DNA of 64,000 nucleotides from Clostridiales bacterium (GCA_018369015.1 JAGZDD010000001.1:21370-85369); one strand, 5' to 3'. Positions 20,009-30,439 are shown, counted from the stretch's first letter. The notes: a model not told the origin generated them from the sequence alone. Made by a program: numbers and translations.

Positions 20009-22006
20009 ATGAAAAAAACTGTGAATAATAAATATGCCCCGCTTTTTGAACCTCTGATCTTAAGAGGAAAATTGATTAAAAACCGTTTTGAAGCTGCACC
20101 GGTCAGTATGGGGCCTGTGAAGAAGGGCGAGCTTCCATGTGAGCAGGTTTTATCAGAGCTTGAGTGCTGCAGCTCAGGAAATTTTGGAATTTATGTGATC
20201 GGCGAGGTTTTTGTCGATGATTGGGGGAACCGTAGGGTTCCTCTGGATTCTTATGATTTTAGTGACCTGTCCGAAGCGAATCTTCTTCCGTATAAGGCTG
20301 CGGCAGACATTTTGAAAAAGAACGGCTGCGTACCGGTAATTGAATTAAGTCATTGCGGGGCGCACAGAGAGGGAGAAGCTTACGGTCCGGATGCATTTGT
20401 GGCAGAAGACGGAACAAAAGTCCATGCAATGGATGAAGCGATGATCGAAAATGTATGCCGGAATTTTGCCAATGCGGCTGTATTTATGAAAAAAGCAGGC
20501 TTTGACGGGGTTATGGCGCATTTTGGACATGGATGGCTTGTCCATCAGTTTTTGTCGCCGATGACAAACCATAGGAATGACAAATTTGGAGGTACTTTGG
20601 AAAACCGTACCCGGCTGGCTTTGATGATCGTCCAGACGATACGGAAGGCTGTAGGCGAGGATTTTATTATTGAAGTGCGTATGAGCGGGGATGAATTAAT
20701 GCCCGGAGGCTATGATTTCCATGAATTTGTAAAAATTGCAGAAATTTTAGATGAATATGTGGATATAATCCATGTTTCTATGGGCGTTTATGGAAACCCG
20801 GTAAAAACGCGGGAATTTTCAAGTATTTACCATGAGAAAGGATGTAATGCCTATATTTCCCAGGCATTAAAGGCCAGCCTTAACCATGCCCTTGTGTCGG
20901 TAGTGGGAGGCATTAATGATCCGGAGGTTGCCCTTGAAATTATTCAATCAAAAAAAGCAGATTTTGTGGCACTTGGACGGCAAAAATATGCGGATTTCCA
21001 GTTTATTACTAAATTAATGTCCGGACACCCTGAAAAAATCTATCCATGTATTCGGTGTTTTTGCTGTTTTAGCGGGCCAAATACGTCTCCGTCACAAAGA
21101 GAATGGAAGCCCGGATGCTCCGTCAATCCGATGCATATGAGCTATGAATATATGAATATGCCGCTTCCGGAAAGAAAATTGAGAATACTTGTCGCCGGAG
21201 GCGGTGTTGCGGGATTATATTTTTCTATAATAGCTGCGCAAAGGGGCCATACCGTACAGATTGTCGAAAAAAATGGCCGACTTGGAGGAATCCTTCATAC
21301 GGTTTCAAAGGATGTCCATAAAGAAGCATTGATACGTTTTATTTCTGCATTAGTTCAAAATGTAGAGCAATCAAATATTAAAATATTAATGAATACAGAT
21401 GTTGATGCTTCGGTTATCCGGGATTTTTCACCAGACGTTTTTGTGGCAGCAATAGGGGGAAAGCCTAGAAATTTAAAAATGCAGGGATGTAGTAATAAAA
21501 AGTTGTTATCTGCAATAAACGTTATGGAAAAAGCGGATCAGCTTGGACAAAGGATTGTGATTCTCGGCGGCGGCCTTATTGGCAGCGAGCTGGCAGTTTT
21601 TCTGAATAAAATGGGAAAAGAGGTTATTTTGACATCAAGGGGTAAGATTTTGCAAAATGTCTATCCTCTGCATAAAATAGCCGTCCAGGGGGAGTTGGAT
21701 AAAGGCGTTGTCTGCATGGAGGATGTCGACTATGGAGAAATTACGGAGAATGGGATTTATGTCACAACGCAAGATGAAAAAGAACAGTTTCTTTCTGCGG
21801 ATCATATCATCCAGGCTTCTGGCTTACAGGTGGATTGTGAGGAATTAAATCGGCTGGAAACAATGACACAGGGGATTCCTTTTTATAAAATCGGGGATTG
21901 CCATGGCATAGGAAAGATACGTCAGGCAACCAGCGACGCTTTTTTACTGGCAATGCAGCTTGGCTGTGATTACCGTCCTAAACCGCAAAAAAGCCTTTGG
22001 CTGTAA
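20009..22006 (+). CDS. OYE-family NADH:flavin oxidoreductase with Fe-S and FAD domains (enoate/dienoyl-CoA reductase type)
   Basis: HFGHGWL.HQFLSP.TN.RND.FGG..ENR.R, CIRCFCC...C, GGGVAG and GGGLIG. Confidence 0.9.
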   Translation: MKKTVNNKYAPLFEPLILRGKLIKNRFEAAPVSMGPVKKGELPCEQVLSELECCSSGNFGIYVIGEVFVDDWGNRRVPLDSYDFSDLSEANLLPYKAAADILKKNGCVPVIELSHCGAHREGEAYGPDAFVAEDGTKVHAMDEAMIENVCRNFANAAVFMKKAGFDGVMAHFGHGWLVHQFLSPMTNHRNDKFGGTLENRTRLALMIVQTIRKAVGEDFIIEVRMSGDELMPGGYDFHEFVKIAEILDEYVDIIHVSMGVYGNPVKTREFSSIYHEKGCNAYISQALKASLNHALVSVVGGINDPEVALEIIQSKKADFVALGRQKYADFQFITKLMSGHPEKIYPCIRCFCCFSGPNTSPSQREWKPGCSVNPMHMSYEYMNMPLPERKLRILVAGGGVAGLYFSIIAAQRGHTVQIVEKNGRLGGILHTVSKDVHKEALIRFISALVQNVEQSNIKILMNTDVDASVIRDFSPDVFVAAIGGKPRNLKMQGCSNKKLLSAINVMEKADQLGQRIVILGGGLIGSELAVFLNKMGKEVILTSRGKILQNVYPLHKIAVQGELDKGVVCMEDVDYGEITENGIYVTTQDEKEQFLSADHIIQASGLQVDCEELNRLETMTQGIPFYKIGDCHGIGKIRQATSDAFLLAMQLGCDYRPKPQKSLWL

Positions 22007-22068
22007 GGCATTTAAGTTGGAGTGTAAAGTATTTAATGTTAAGACAGAAGGGCAGGGATAGAAAAATC

Positions 22069-24984
22069 ATGTTGGAACAAACAAAATTTCCCAATATTTT
22101 TACACGGGAAGCTTTGAAATATGAGGCTGAACAAATAATAGAAAATAAATGCGAAGCTTTGGTAAATGCAATGACAATACAGGAAAAGATGGACCTGCTT
22201 TATGGGTGGAGTAATCCGGTGGATATAGGACAGTTAGCAAATGGCGGATATAATCCAGGGGTACCAAGACTTGGAATACCTGAAATCCGTATGTATGACG
22301 GCCCTGGAGGTCCGACATGTGTTGTAGAAACGACCGGTTTTCCGCAGATGACTGTCCTTGGCTGTACCTGGGATGAAGAGCTGGCCTATCTTTACGGTAA
22401 AGCGTGCGGCAGGGAAAATTCGATGATTTCCGGGAACAGGCAGCTTGGCTCACAGATGGATGTCCGGCGCTCGCCGCAGTTTGGCAGGAATATGAAAAGT
22501 GAAGATCCGCTGCTTTGCGCCAAGCTTGGAACTGCGGAAGCAAAAGGTATCCAGGAGAATGGCGTTGCGGCAACCTTAAAGCACTTTGTTGCGGCTAACG
22601 TATTTGCAGTCGGAGAATTGGCGGATATTATTGTTGACGAGCAAACTTTACATGAAATGTACCTGCGGCCGTTTGAGGAGGCGATTGTCCATGGCGGCGG
22701 ATGTTCTGTTATGGCAGCATACAATATCATTAACGGCTCTCATTGCAGCGATAACCATTATTTATTAAAAACTGTTCTCAGGGATATGTGGAATTATAAA
22801 GGCGAGGTCATGTCGGACTGGGGGGCTAACCATAAAATGTCGATCCCCTTCGGACTGGATGTGGAAATGCCAAGGGCGGCATTTAATGACAGCTATAGAA
22901 TACTGCGTGGAATCGAACATGGAGATCTTGATTGGGAAGACATTAAAAATGCGGCAAAGCATGTCCTGTTTGCCATGGGGAAAGCCGGACTTTTAGGAAT
23001 GACTTGCTGGGATGATAAAGGACGGCCGATGGAAGAACATGGCCGCACAAAACCTATCAGGATGAAATGGTATTATGATGAAGAAAAAGCCTCTGTTTTT
23101 GAAAATAGTTCCAAAGTCGCGCAGCGTATTTTGGAAGAAGGCATTGTTCTTGCGAAAAACGAAGATCAATCATTACCGTTAACCGAAGATGATATAAAAA
23201 GCGATGATGGCATAGCTTTGATTGGCCTGGGCGCATTTTATCCGATTTGCGGTGAATTGTCGGAGCGGTCTTTTGGACGGCTTTCACGGATGCGGGCTCC
23301 AAAAGACGTATTATCGGAGCTTACAGGTCATGCAATTCGTGCAGAAATTGCGATTGATTTTCCAGGGGAGACAATCCCGGGCGAATTTTTATTCCAGGAT
23401 GCACAGGGAAAAAAACACGGGCTGGTACGAAGCTACGGAATCACTAAAGAGGATACCGATCTGGCGGCTCCTGAGTTTTTTATCGGCGGCGCCGGCGCAG
23501 AGTTTCATGGTTTTAGCGGAACGCTGGATGAGTACGGGGAACTTGTTCATAACAATGTCCAGGATAGCTGGGAAACGGTGGAAACCTATGGGAGCGTGCC
23601 TGGGAAAGCTGATGGAACATTTGCATCCACAGATCTGACACTGGATCTAACCTGCGGCAAAAATCTGGACGGTTCTATTGTTACAGATTACCATAATGGC
23701 GTTGGCGGAAATGCTGTTGAAGAACCTATGATACGGTATACATGGCGGGGGTATCTGAAAGCCCCGGAAGATGGAATCTATCAATTAAATATGGAGGAGA
23801 TCGGCGGGCCGTGTGCATTTAAGATTTGTATCAATGGAAAGTGGATCGTTGTTTCCGATATGATTATGAGAGAAGGCGCGCATTGGCCTTGGGAATCTAT
23901 GGTGAATACTTATGAAGGTATGGGGATTGGACCGGCCTGCGTAACTCTGGAAAAAGATAAAATGTACCCGGTACTTATTTATGCAGCACATATTGATAAA
24001 AGGAAGGATATGCAGCTTAGGCTTTCATGGCTCACTCCGTCAAGACGGAAAAACGACTATGAACATGCGCTGAAATTGGCGGAAAACTCAAAGAAAGTCA
24101 TTTTGTTTGTCAACAACCTGAATGAAACTGCAAAAATTTTTGAAAAGCTTGGTGGTTGGCCGGATTTACAACTGCCACAAAATCAGGTAAAGCTAATAAA
24201 GGACATATCCAGAGCGGTCCACGGCCATGGTGGGAAATTGATCGTTGTACTACAGAGCAGTGCCGCTCACGCTTTAGGAGCCTGGGCTGATGACTGCGAC
24301 GCCCTTTTAATCACACATCTTACAGGACAGGAAGGGAGTATTCCTTTATGTAGGATTTTGCTGGGGCAGGTAAATCCTTCGGGAAAATTAGCACAGACAT
24401 GGCCAAGAAATAACGAAGATACGCCGATCAGCGATAGCCCTGAGCATCGTCAATTAAGATATGACGGCGTTACGTTTAACGGGCGGAAAACCGTTTTTTA
24501 TGACGAAGGTATTTTCTTTGGCTACCGCTGGTACGAAACGGAACATATTGTTCCTCAGTTTCCTTTTGGCCACGGGCTAAGTTATACGACCTTTGAATAT
24601 AAAAATATGGAGGTATTTCAGGATATAGATGGGCTCCATGTCCATCTTGAAATAACAAATACGGGCAGTTGTGCGGGAGATGAGATTATCCAGATTTATC
24701 TTGGCGCTGCAAAGGTTCCTCGGTATATACAGATGGCGGAGAAAAAGCTGGCAGCGTTTCAGCGGGTGCGCAATATTTTGCCTGGGGAAACTGTTCCTGT
24801 GGTTTTAAATATTGCCTGCCAGGAGCTTTGCTATTGGAATCCCGCGCTGGAATTGATTTCCCGTGAGGATGGAACAAAGGATAAGTGGATGCTTGCCTGT
24901 GGCAAACGTAAGATTTATGCCGGGGCATCTATTGCGGATCTTCGGCTGGAAGTAGAATTTGATGTAAAAGCATTGGATAGCTGA
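22069..24984 (+). CDS. GH3 beta-glucosidase with PA14-like insert
   Basis: RLGIP..RMYDGP, KHF, MSDW nucleophile, SGKLAQTWP, FPFGHGLSYT, Fn3 tail; start moved to ATG 22069. Confidence 0.9.
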   Translation: MLEQTKFPNIFTREALKYEAEQIIENKCEALVNAMTIQEKMDLLYGWSNPVDIGQLANGGYNPGVPRLGIPEIRMYDGPGGPTCVVETTGFPQMTVLGCTWDEELAYLYGKACGRENSMISGNRQLGSQMDVRRSPQFGRNMKSEDPLLCAKLGTAEAKGIQENGVAATLKHFVAANVFAVGELADIIVDEQTLHEMYLRPFEEAIVHGGGCSVMAAYNIINGSHCSDNHYLLKTVLRDMWNYKGEVMSDWGANHKMSIPFGLDVEMPRAAFNDSYRILRGIEHGDLDWEDIKNAAKHVLFAMGKAGLLGMTCWDDKGRPMEEHGRTKPIRMKWYYDEEKASVFENSSKVAQRILEEGIVLAKNEDQSLPLTEDDIKSDDGIALIGLGAFYPICGELSERSFGRLSRMRAPKDVLSELTGHAIRAEIAIDFPGETIPGEFLFQDAQGKKHGLVRSYGITKEDTDLAAPEFFIGGAGAEFHGFSGTLDEYGELVHNNVQDSWETVETYGSVPGKADGTFASTDLTLDLTCGKNLDGSIVTDYHNGVGGNAVEEPMIRYTWRGYLKAPEDGIYQLNMEEIGGPCAFKICINGKWIVVSDMIMREGAHWPWESMVNTYEGMGIGPACVTLEKDKMYPVLIYAAHIDKRKDMQLRLSWLTPSRRKNDYEHALKLAENSKKVILFVNNLNETAKIFEKLGGWPDLQLPQNQVKLIKDISRAVHGHGGKLIVVLQSSAAHALGAWADDCDALLITHLTGQEGSIPLCRILLGQVNPSGKLAQTWPRNNEDTPISDSPEHRQLRYDGVTFNGRKTVFYDEGIFFGYRWYETEHIVPQFPFGHGLSYTTFEYKNMEVFQDIDGLHVHLEITNTGSCAGDEIIQIYLGAAKVPRYIQMAEKKLAAFQRVRNILPGETVPVVLNIACQELCYWNPALELISREDGTKDKWMLACGKRKIYAGASIADLRLEVEFDVKALDS

Positions 24985-25042
24985 CGGGAACGTTTTATCC
25001 AATAAATATATTTTAAATAATATTGAAATGGAGGCAAAAAAT

Positions 25043-26137
25043 ATGGAGAAAGTAAAAGTTGGTATTGTGGGATGCGGAGGGATTGCCAATAGTAAACATT
25101 TACCTGCCTTGAAAAAGAACAAGGATTTGAATGATATTGTGGCATTTTGCGATATTATTCCAGAAAGGGCTGAAAAAGCGGCAAAAGAATATGGTACTTC
25201 AAAAGCAAGGATTTATACGGACTATAAAGAGCTTATGGCAGACCCAGAGGTTGAGGTTGTTCATGTATGCACGCCTAATGTTTCTCACTGCCCAATTACT
25301 GTGGCAGCTTTTGAGAGCGGCAAGCATGTTTTATGTGAAAAGCCAATGGCGGCCAACTCGGCGGATGCCGGATTAATGATAGAAGCCTGGAAAAAGTCCG
25401 GGAAAAAATTTACTATCGGGTATCAAAATAGATTTCGGGAAGATGTCCAAATATTAAAAAAGGCGTGTGAAAATGGTGAATTGGGTGATATTTATGTTGG
25501 CAAAGCTCATGCTGTGCGCCGACGCGCTGTTCCTACATGGGGCGTATTCCCAAACAAAGCTCTGCAAGGCGGAGGGCCTCTGATTGATATAGGAACACAT
25601 GCATTGGATATTACTTTATGGGTTATGGATAATTATGATGTTGAAAGTGTTTCAGGAGCCGTTTTTTATAAAATGAGGAACCATCCGGAAGGCAATATTT
25701 TTGGTCCGTGGAACCCGGAAACATTTGAGGTTGAAGATTCAGCTTTTGGCTTTGTTAAAATGAAGAACGGAGCCGTGGTATATATCGAGGCAGCCTGGGC
25801 TTTAAACACGTTAGAATCAAAAGAGGCTTCGACAACCGTATGTGGTACACTGGCCGGAGCCGAAATTCATCACGGGCCAAGTTATCCTAATGATGAGTTG
25901 ATTTTTAACCGTGTAAGAAATGAATCTTTTATGGAAGAAAGACTTTCACCGAAAGGTGGCATTGATTATTTTGAGGGGATACAGTCGGCTGAGGGTATTG
26001 CAGAAAACCGCTATTGGCTTAATGCGATTCTTAATGATACGCAGCCGCTTGTGAAGCCTGAGGAAGCCTTTGTTGTTACACAAATTTTAGAAGCAATTTA
26101 TCAGGCAGCGGACCAAAAGACTACGATTATGTTTTAA
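25043..26137 (+). CDS. Gfo/Idh/MocA oxidoreductase (candidate glycoside 3-dehydrogenase, DgpA-like role)
   Basis: GIVGCGGIA, CEKPM, GGGPLIDIGTH; SD GGAGG before 25043. Confidence 0.9.
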   Translation: MEKVKVGIVGCGGIANSKHLPALKKNKDLNDIVAFCDIIPERAEKAAKEYGTSKARIYTDYKELMADPEVEVVHVCTPNVSHCPITVAAFESGKHVLCEKPMAANSADAGLMIEAWKKSGKKFTIGYQNRFREDVQILKKACENGELGDIYVGKAHAVRRRAVPTWGVFPNKALQGGGPLIDIGTHALDITLWVMDNYDVESVSGAVFYKMRNHPEGNIFGPWNPETFEVEDSAFGFVKMKNGAVVYIEAAWALNTLESKEASTTVCGTLAGAEIHHGPSYPNDELIFNRVRNESFMEERLSPKGGIDYFEGIQSAEGIAENRYWLNAILNDTQPLVKPEEAFVVTQILEAIYQAADQKTTIMF

Positions 26138-26168
26138 TAATCATCTGAAATATAAGGGAGGAAAAGGT

Positions 26169-27047
26169 ATGCAGACAAAGAAAGGCCCTAAAAGGGGGGT
26201 ATCCGCATTTAGTTATACGGAATTACTTTTTAAAACAATGACATTGGAAGATGTGTTTGAAGAAATGAAGGATCTCGGGGCAACAGGCATTGAAATTTTG
26301 GGCAACGGGCATATTCCAGGATATCCGTATCCTAGCGATGAGTGGGTCGAGCATTGGCATTATTTATGTAATAAATATGACGTAGAACCGGCGGAGTACG
26401 GACATTGGGTCGATTCCCGGCTTTTTAAGGGAAGGCTTCTGGATGCAAAGGAAGCCACGGAGATGATTAAAAGAGATATTCGTTTGGCACATCGTTTAGG
26501 ATTTAAAGTTATGCGTACAAAACTGGGAGTGACGGACGATACACTGTCTCCGGTGCAAAATTGGCGGGAGTTTATTAAAATGGCTTTGCCTTATGCGGAA
26601 GAATATAATGTGCGTATGTGCCCGGAAATCCATATTCCAACGGCGTTAAAATCGAAAATGGTTGACGACTATGTGGAATTTATCGAACAGACTGGAACAA
26701 AGTATTTTGGGTTAAATATTGATTTTGGAACCTTCAGAAATGTTTTTGACCCGAATGAATTTCGGATGCCTGGTCTGCCGGAGGATGGAAGCCCATGTAG
26801 CTATCCTGAAGATTTAATACCTCTGCTTCCATATCTTTATGCGTGCCATGCAAAATTTAATTATATGAATGAAAATTTTGAGGAAACAACGATTCCTTAT
26901 GAAGAGATTCTTAAAATTTTAAAAGATCATCAATGGGATGGGTATATGCTTAGTGAATATGAAGGGCCTCGTATGAATGAACCAGGTTTTGTATCTGAGC
27001 AGATACGGCGGCAGCATGTTATGATGAAACGGATTCTGGGAGAATAG
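26169..27047 (+). CDS. C-glycoside deglycosidase alpha subunit-like TIM barrel (DgpC/DfgA-like)
   Basis: KRGVS, PEIH, NIDFG, HAKF, SEYEG, EQIRRQH; adjacent to a DUF6379 gene. Confidence 0.8.
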   Translation: MQTKKGPKRGVSAFSYTELLFKTMTLEDVFEEMKDLGATGIEILGNGHIPGYPYPSDEWVEHWHYLCNKYDVEPAEYGHWVDSRLFKGRLLDAKEATEMIKRDIRLAHRLGFKVMRTKLGVTDDTLSPVQNWREFIKMALPYAEEYNVRMCPEIHIPTALKSKMVDDYVEFIEQTGTKYFGLNIDFGTFRNVFDPNEFRMPGLPEDGSPCSYPEDLIPLLPYLYACHAKFNYMNENFEETTIPYEEILKILKDHQWDGYMLSEYEGPRMNEPGFVSEQIRRQHVMMKRILGE

Positions 27048-27062
27048 TTGGAGGGAACGGAT

Positions 27063-27482
27063 ATGTTAGAAATGGATGTTATACAGGTAAGAGGGTTTCG
27101 TAATATCGTACAAAACGGGAAGATCACAGGCTTTCAATTCAGAGTGAGGTCAACCTACTATCGGGGGATATGGCTGTCACTGTTAAGGCCGGGAGATATT
27201 ATCGTAGATAATGAAAGATTTCCAAGGGATTCTGTCTTATGGGAAATTGGTGGGCTTGAGTATACACCCGAAGAAATGCTAAAGACAGGAGATGTGCAAT
27301 GGCCAAACAGCGAGGCAGCGGTAATTAAGGTTAAAAAACCGGGAGGACTGGAAAGCGGATATCACGACGTAAGTATTGGATACCGCTATATTATGTCATA
27401 TATTCCTCCAGTCGTATGCAGTGATGAGGCTTTTGAACATATCCCTATGGATATATTTTCAAAACGAATGATTTTAGTATAA
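27063..27482 (+). CDS. C-glycoside deglycosidase beta subunit-like (DUF6379, DgpB/DfgB-like)
   Basis: GFQFRVRSTYYRGIWLS, W..., KKPGGL.SG.H.V; about 140 aa. Confidence 0.8.
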   Translation: MLEMDVIQVRGFRNIVQNGKITGFQFRVRSTYYRGIWLSLLRPGDIIVDNERFPRDSVLWEIGGLEYTPEEMLKTGDVQWPNSEAAVIKVKKPGGLESGYHDVSIGYRYIMSYIPPVVCSDEAFEHIPMDIFSKRMILV

Positions 27483-27495
27483 TTAAGGGAAGAAA

Positions 27496-27531
27496 ATGGG
27501 GCTGTGAAGGAAATGATTAAAACAGCCCCAT
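27496..27531. terminator. hairpin between convergent genes
   Basis: ATGGGGCTGT...ACAGCCCCAT. Confidence 0.6.
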
Positions 27532-27540
27532 CCTTATATA

Positions 27541-28914
27541 TTACATATGATATATAATCATCTTATTATAAAGCATTGTCCGCGATATGCCTAAAAGCTT
27601 TGCGGCCGATGCTTTATTATTTCCCGTATGAAGGAGGGCTTCGGCAATCAGCTTCTTTTCAAGCTGCTGTTTGGCCTGGGCCAGATTGAAGGCGCCTGTC
27701 TGAGAAAAGTGAGCGCTTCCTGAAGAAGATACAAGGCTGTGTTTAAGATTATAAAAATCGGGAACATCTAAAATAGAGTCATTGCATATATTCATTGCGC
27801 TTTCAACAGCATTTTGAAGCTCACGGATGTTTCCAGGCCAATGATAGCCCATAAGCATGGAAAGCGCTTTGGGAGAAATGCCGCTGACTGCCATACCTAA
27901 CTGACGGTTAAATTTTTGAATAAAATAGTCCACAAGAAGGGGAATATCTGTGATTCGTTCACGCAGGGGCGGAGCGATAATTCTTATGACATTCAGGCGA
28001 TAATAAAGGTCCTGTCGGAATGTTCCTTCCTTTACATCAATATCCAGAGGGCGGTTCGTCGCGGCAATGATACGTACATCAATAGAAATATTTTTATCAC
28101 TTCCTACCGGCTCAATTTCTCGTTCCTGGAGAACACGCAGGAACTTGGGCTGCATAGCCTTTGGCAGAAGATTAATTTCATCGAGAAAAATTGAGCCGTG
28201 ATCGGCAAATTCAAACTTTCCTACTTTGCCATGACGGCTTGCCCCTGTGAACGCCCCGGAGGCGTAGCCAAAAAACTCAGATTCCATAAGTTCCTGGGGA
28301 ATAGCTGAACAATTGACACGGACAAAATGGTGCCCATTGCGGGAGCTTAAGGTATGTATGGAGTGAGCAATTAATTCCTTTCCTGTTCCTGTTTCACCTT
28401 CAATGAGCACCGTAGAATTGGAACGGGCGGCCTGGCGTATTTCTTCCTTTAGCTTTTGTACGCTTGGGCTGTTCCCTATGATATTTTCAAGGCCGTATTT
28501 GGCAGAACGTTCCTTGATAAGCTCCGATTTGTAATAGGAAAGCTCATTCGCAAGGACATTGATCCGCTGGCTGAGATTCATTAAATTGTGCGCGCCCTGG
28601 ACAATAATATATAAATAGATTTTTTCTACGCTGCCTTCCGAATTTAAAATTGGATAATAGGTCGTCAGCGCCGGATTGCCGTTAAAATTAACGGATTTTG
28701 CGAAAACCATCTTCTTGGTTGCATAAACCTCTTTTGCATGAGTATCTGGGAATAAATCCCATACCTTTTTGTGGATAATATCTTCATAGCAGTGTCCTGA
28801 ATATTTAATCCATCCCGGACTTACATAAACATACCTGCCTAAAGAATCAAGGACTGCAACTGCGTCAAGTAAATTAATAAATTCTTCCATTTCATTTTTT
28901 GATAGTTCTTTCAA
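27541..28914 (-). CDS. sigma54-dependent enhancer-binding activator (PAS-AAA+-Fis HTH)
   Basis: GETGTGKE, GAFTGA, FLDEI, FRQDLYYRLNV, WPGNIREL, AAKLLGISR; probable TTG start at 28914. Confidence 0.93.
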   Translation of the reverse strand: MKELSKNEMEEFINLLDAVAVLDSLGRYVYVSPGWIKYSGHCYEDIIHKKVWDLFPDTHAKEVYATKKMVFAKSVNFNGNPALTTYYPILNSEGSVEKIYLYIIVQGAHNLMNLSQRINVLANELSYYKSELIKERSAKYGLENIIGNSPSVQKLKEEIRQAARSNSTVLIEGETGTGKELIAHSIHTLSSRNGHHFVRVNCSAIPQELMESEFFGYASGAFTGASRHGKVGKFEFADHGSIFLDEINLLPKAMQPKFLRVLQEREIEPVGSDKNISIDVRIIAATNRPLDIDVKEGTFRQDLYYRLNVIRIIAPPLRERITDIPLLVDYFIQKFNRQLGMAVSGISPKALSMLMGYHWPGNIRELQNAVESAMNICNDSILDVPDFYNLKHSLVSSSGSAHFSQTGAFNLAQAKQQLEKKLIAEALLHTGNNKASAAKLLGISRTMLYNKMIIYHM

Positions 28915-28941
28915 AATAATTTCCCCCAATGACAAAAAAAG

Positions 28942-29078
28942 TGTCAATAATAATAGACATGTCAATATTTATGTACAGTTTAAGCATTGTTTTATAAATG
29001 TATTATATCCGGGGTTTATACGCAAATGCAATATAATTATGCTGAAAATATTTTTTCGAGTGTCAATAATTATGAACA
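28942..29078. promoter_or_regulatory. three putative enhancer sites TGT-N12-ACA
   Basis: TGTCAATAATAATAGACA (28942), TGTCAATATTTATGTACA (28960), TGTCAATAATTATGAACA (29061). Confidence 0.7.
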
Positions 29079-29139
29079 CATTCATAATCGCTTATTTTAG
29101 AAAGCCTTGAAAAAGCGGCGTTTAAGGGGGATAAATTTT

Positions 29140-29155
29140 TGGCACGGCAATTGCT
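29140..29155 (+). promoter_or_regulatory. sigma54 -24/-12 promoter
   Basis: TGGCAC-GGCAA-TTGCT matches TGGCAC-N5-TTGC(A/T), about 95 bp upstream of 29251. Confidence 0.9.
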
Positions 29156-29250
29156 TTTATTAAAGATATAAAATAAATGAAATTTGGGCACTGGTGCTGA
29201 TAAGCTAAGCAGCTATTAACTATAAACTTAATATACAAGGAGGAGGGCCT

Positions 29251-30033
29251 ATGAAAATTGTAGACTTATCAATTGCTGTGGAGGATGGATTGCCAAGCGA
29301 TCCGCCGGAGCAGATTCCCAAAATACGTTATTGCAGACATAAGGACACGGCTGAAATGATGGTGAATTATTTTCACGGAGCGATTTCAAAAGGGGATCTG
29401 CCGGAGGAAAATGGCTGGGCCATAGAATTTCTTCATTTATCCACACATTCAGGAACTCATGTGGACGCGCCATATCATTACTATCCAACCCAGAATGGCG
29501 GTGAAGCGGCCTGGAAAATTGATGAAATACCATTGGAATGGTTTATTGGAAATGGGGTGAAAATGGATTTTTCGGATAAGCCGGACGGATATAAGATTAC
29601 GGCCGATGACCTGGAGCAGTATTTCCATAAAATTTCTTATATGCCTAAGGCTGGAGATATTGTTTTATTGTATACCGGAGCCGATAAATTTTGGGGAACA
29701 GGCAGGTATCTTCTTGCAGGAGCCGGCATGGGGGAGGAATCCACCATGTGGCTTATTAACCGGGGCGTGCGGGTCATGGGAACAGACGGCTGGAGCTGGG
29801 ATGTGCCGTTAGCTTATGAATGTGAAGCCTTTCAAAAGAGCAGGGATGCATCGATCATATGGGAGGCTCACAGAGTTGGACGAAAGAAGGCGTACTGCCA
29901 TATCGAAAAGCTTACAAATCTTAATCTTCTTCCGGCTTATGGCTTTAAAGTATCCTGCCTGCCTGTAAAAATTAAGGGGGCGAGCGCCGGGTGGTGCCGG
30001 GCGATAGCGATGCTGGATGACGTTGAAGAATAA
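29251..30033 (+). CDS. cyclase-family metal-dependent hydrolase (kynurenine formamidase-like)
   Basis: HSGTHVDAPYH motif, GTDGWSWD, HIEKLTNL. Confidence 0.88.
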   Translation: MKIVDLSIAVEDGLPSDPPEQIPKIRYCRHKDTAEMMVNYFHGAISKGDLPEENGWAIEFLHLSTHSGTHVDAPYHYYPTQNGGEAAWKIDEIPLEWFIGNGVKMDFSDKPDGYKITADDLEQYFHKISYMPKAGDIVLLYTGADKFWGTGRYLLAGAGMGEESTMWLINRGVRVMGTDGWSWDVPLAYECEAFQKSRDASIIWEAHRVGRKKAYCHIEKLTNLNLLPAYGFKVSCLPVKIKGASAGWCRAIAMLDDVEE

Positions 30034-30052
30034 TGAGAAATGGGGTGTAAAA

Positions 30053-30439
30053 ATGTTTGAAAAGTATATTATTAACGATACACATTTCAGAAATTATTAT
30101 AAGGGCGGGAAAGCCAGAGGATTTATTCTCTGCCTTCGTATTCATTACTACCGCGGGATTCCTCTGTCAATGATTCATAATATTAAGGTGGACATTGACG
30201 GGGAGGTGTTTGGCACAAAAGATATGCGGGTAATCCTTGGAGGAAAGGCTTATACCTTTGAGGAAATGAAGGAGATTTCAGACATAAACTGGCCGTTCGA
30301 ACAGGATCTCAGGCTGGAAATAAAGAAAGAGGGCGGCCTTATTCCCGGACGAAAGACTGTGAAGGCTGAATTAACATGCCGTAATGCCTATTTTGGCATT
30401 TTTACAGGAAAGTGCGAACGGATTATGACGTTTGGATAA
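30053..30439 (+). CDS. C-glycoside deglycosidase beta subunit-like (DUF6379)
   Basis: RIHYYRGIPLSMI, WPF, KEGGLIPG. Confidence 0.8.
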   Translation: MFEKYIINDTHFRNYYKGGKARGFILCLRIHYYRGIPLSMIHNIKVDIDGEVFGTKDMRVILGGKAYTFEEMKEISDINWPFEQDLRLEIKKEGGLIPGRKTVKAELTCRNAYFGIFTGKCERIMTFG

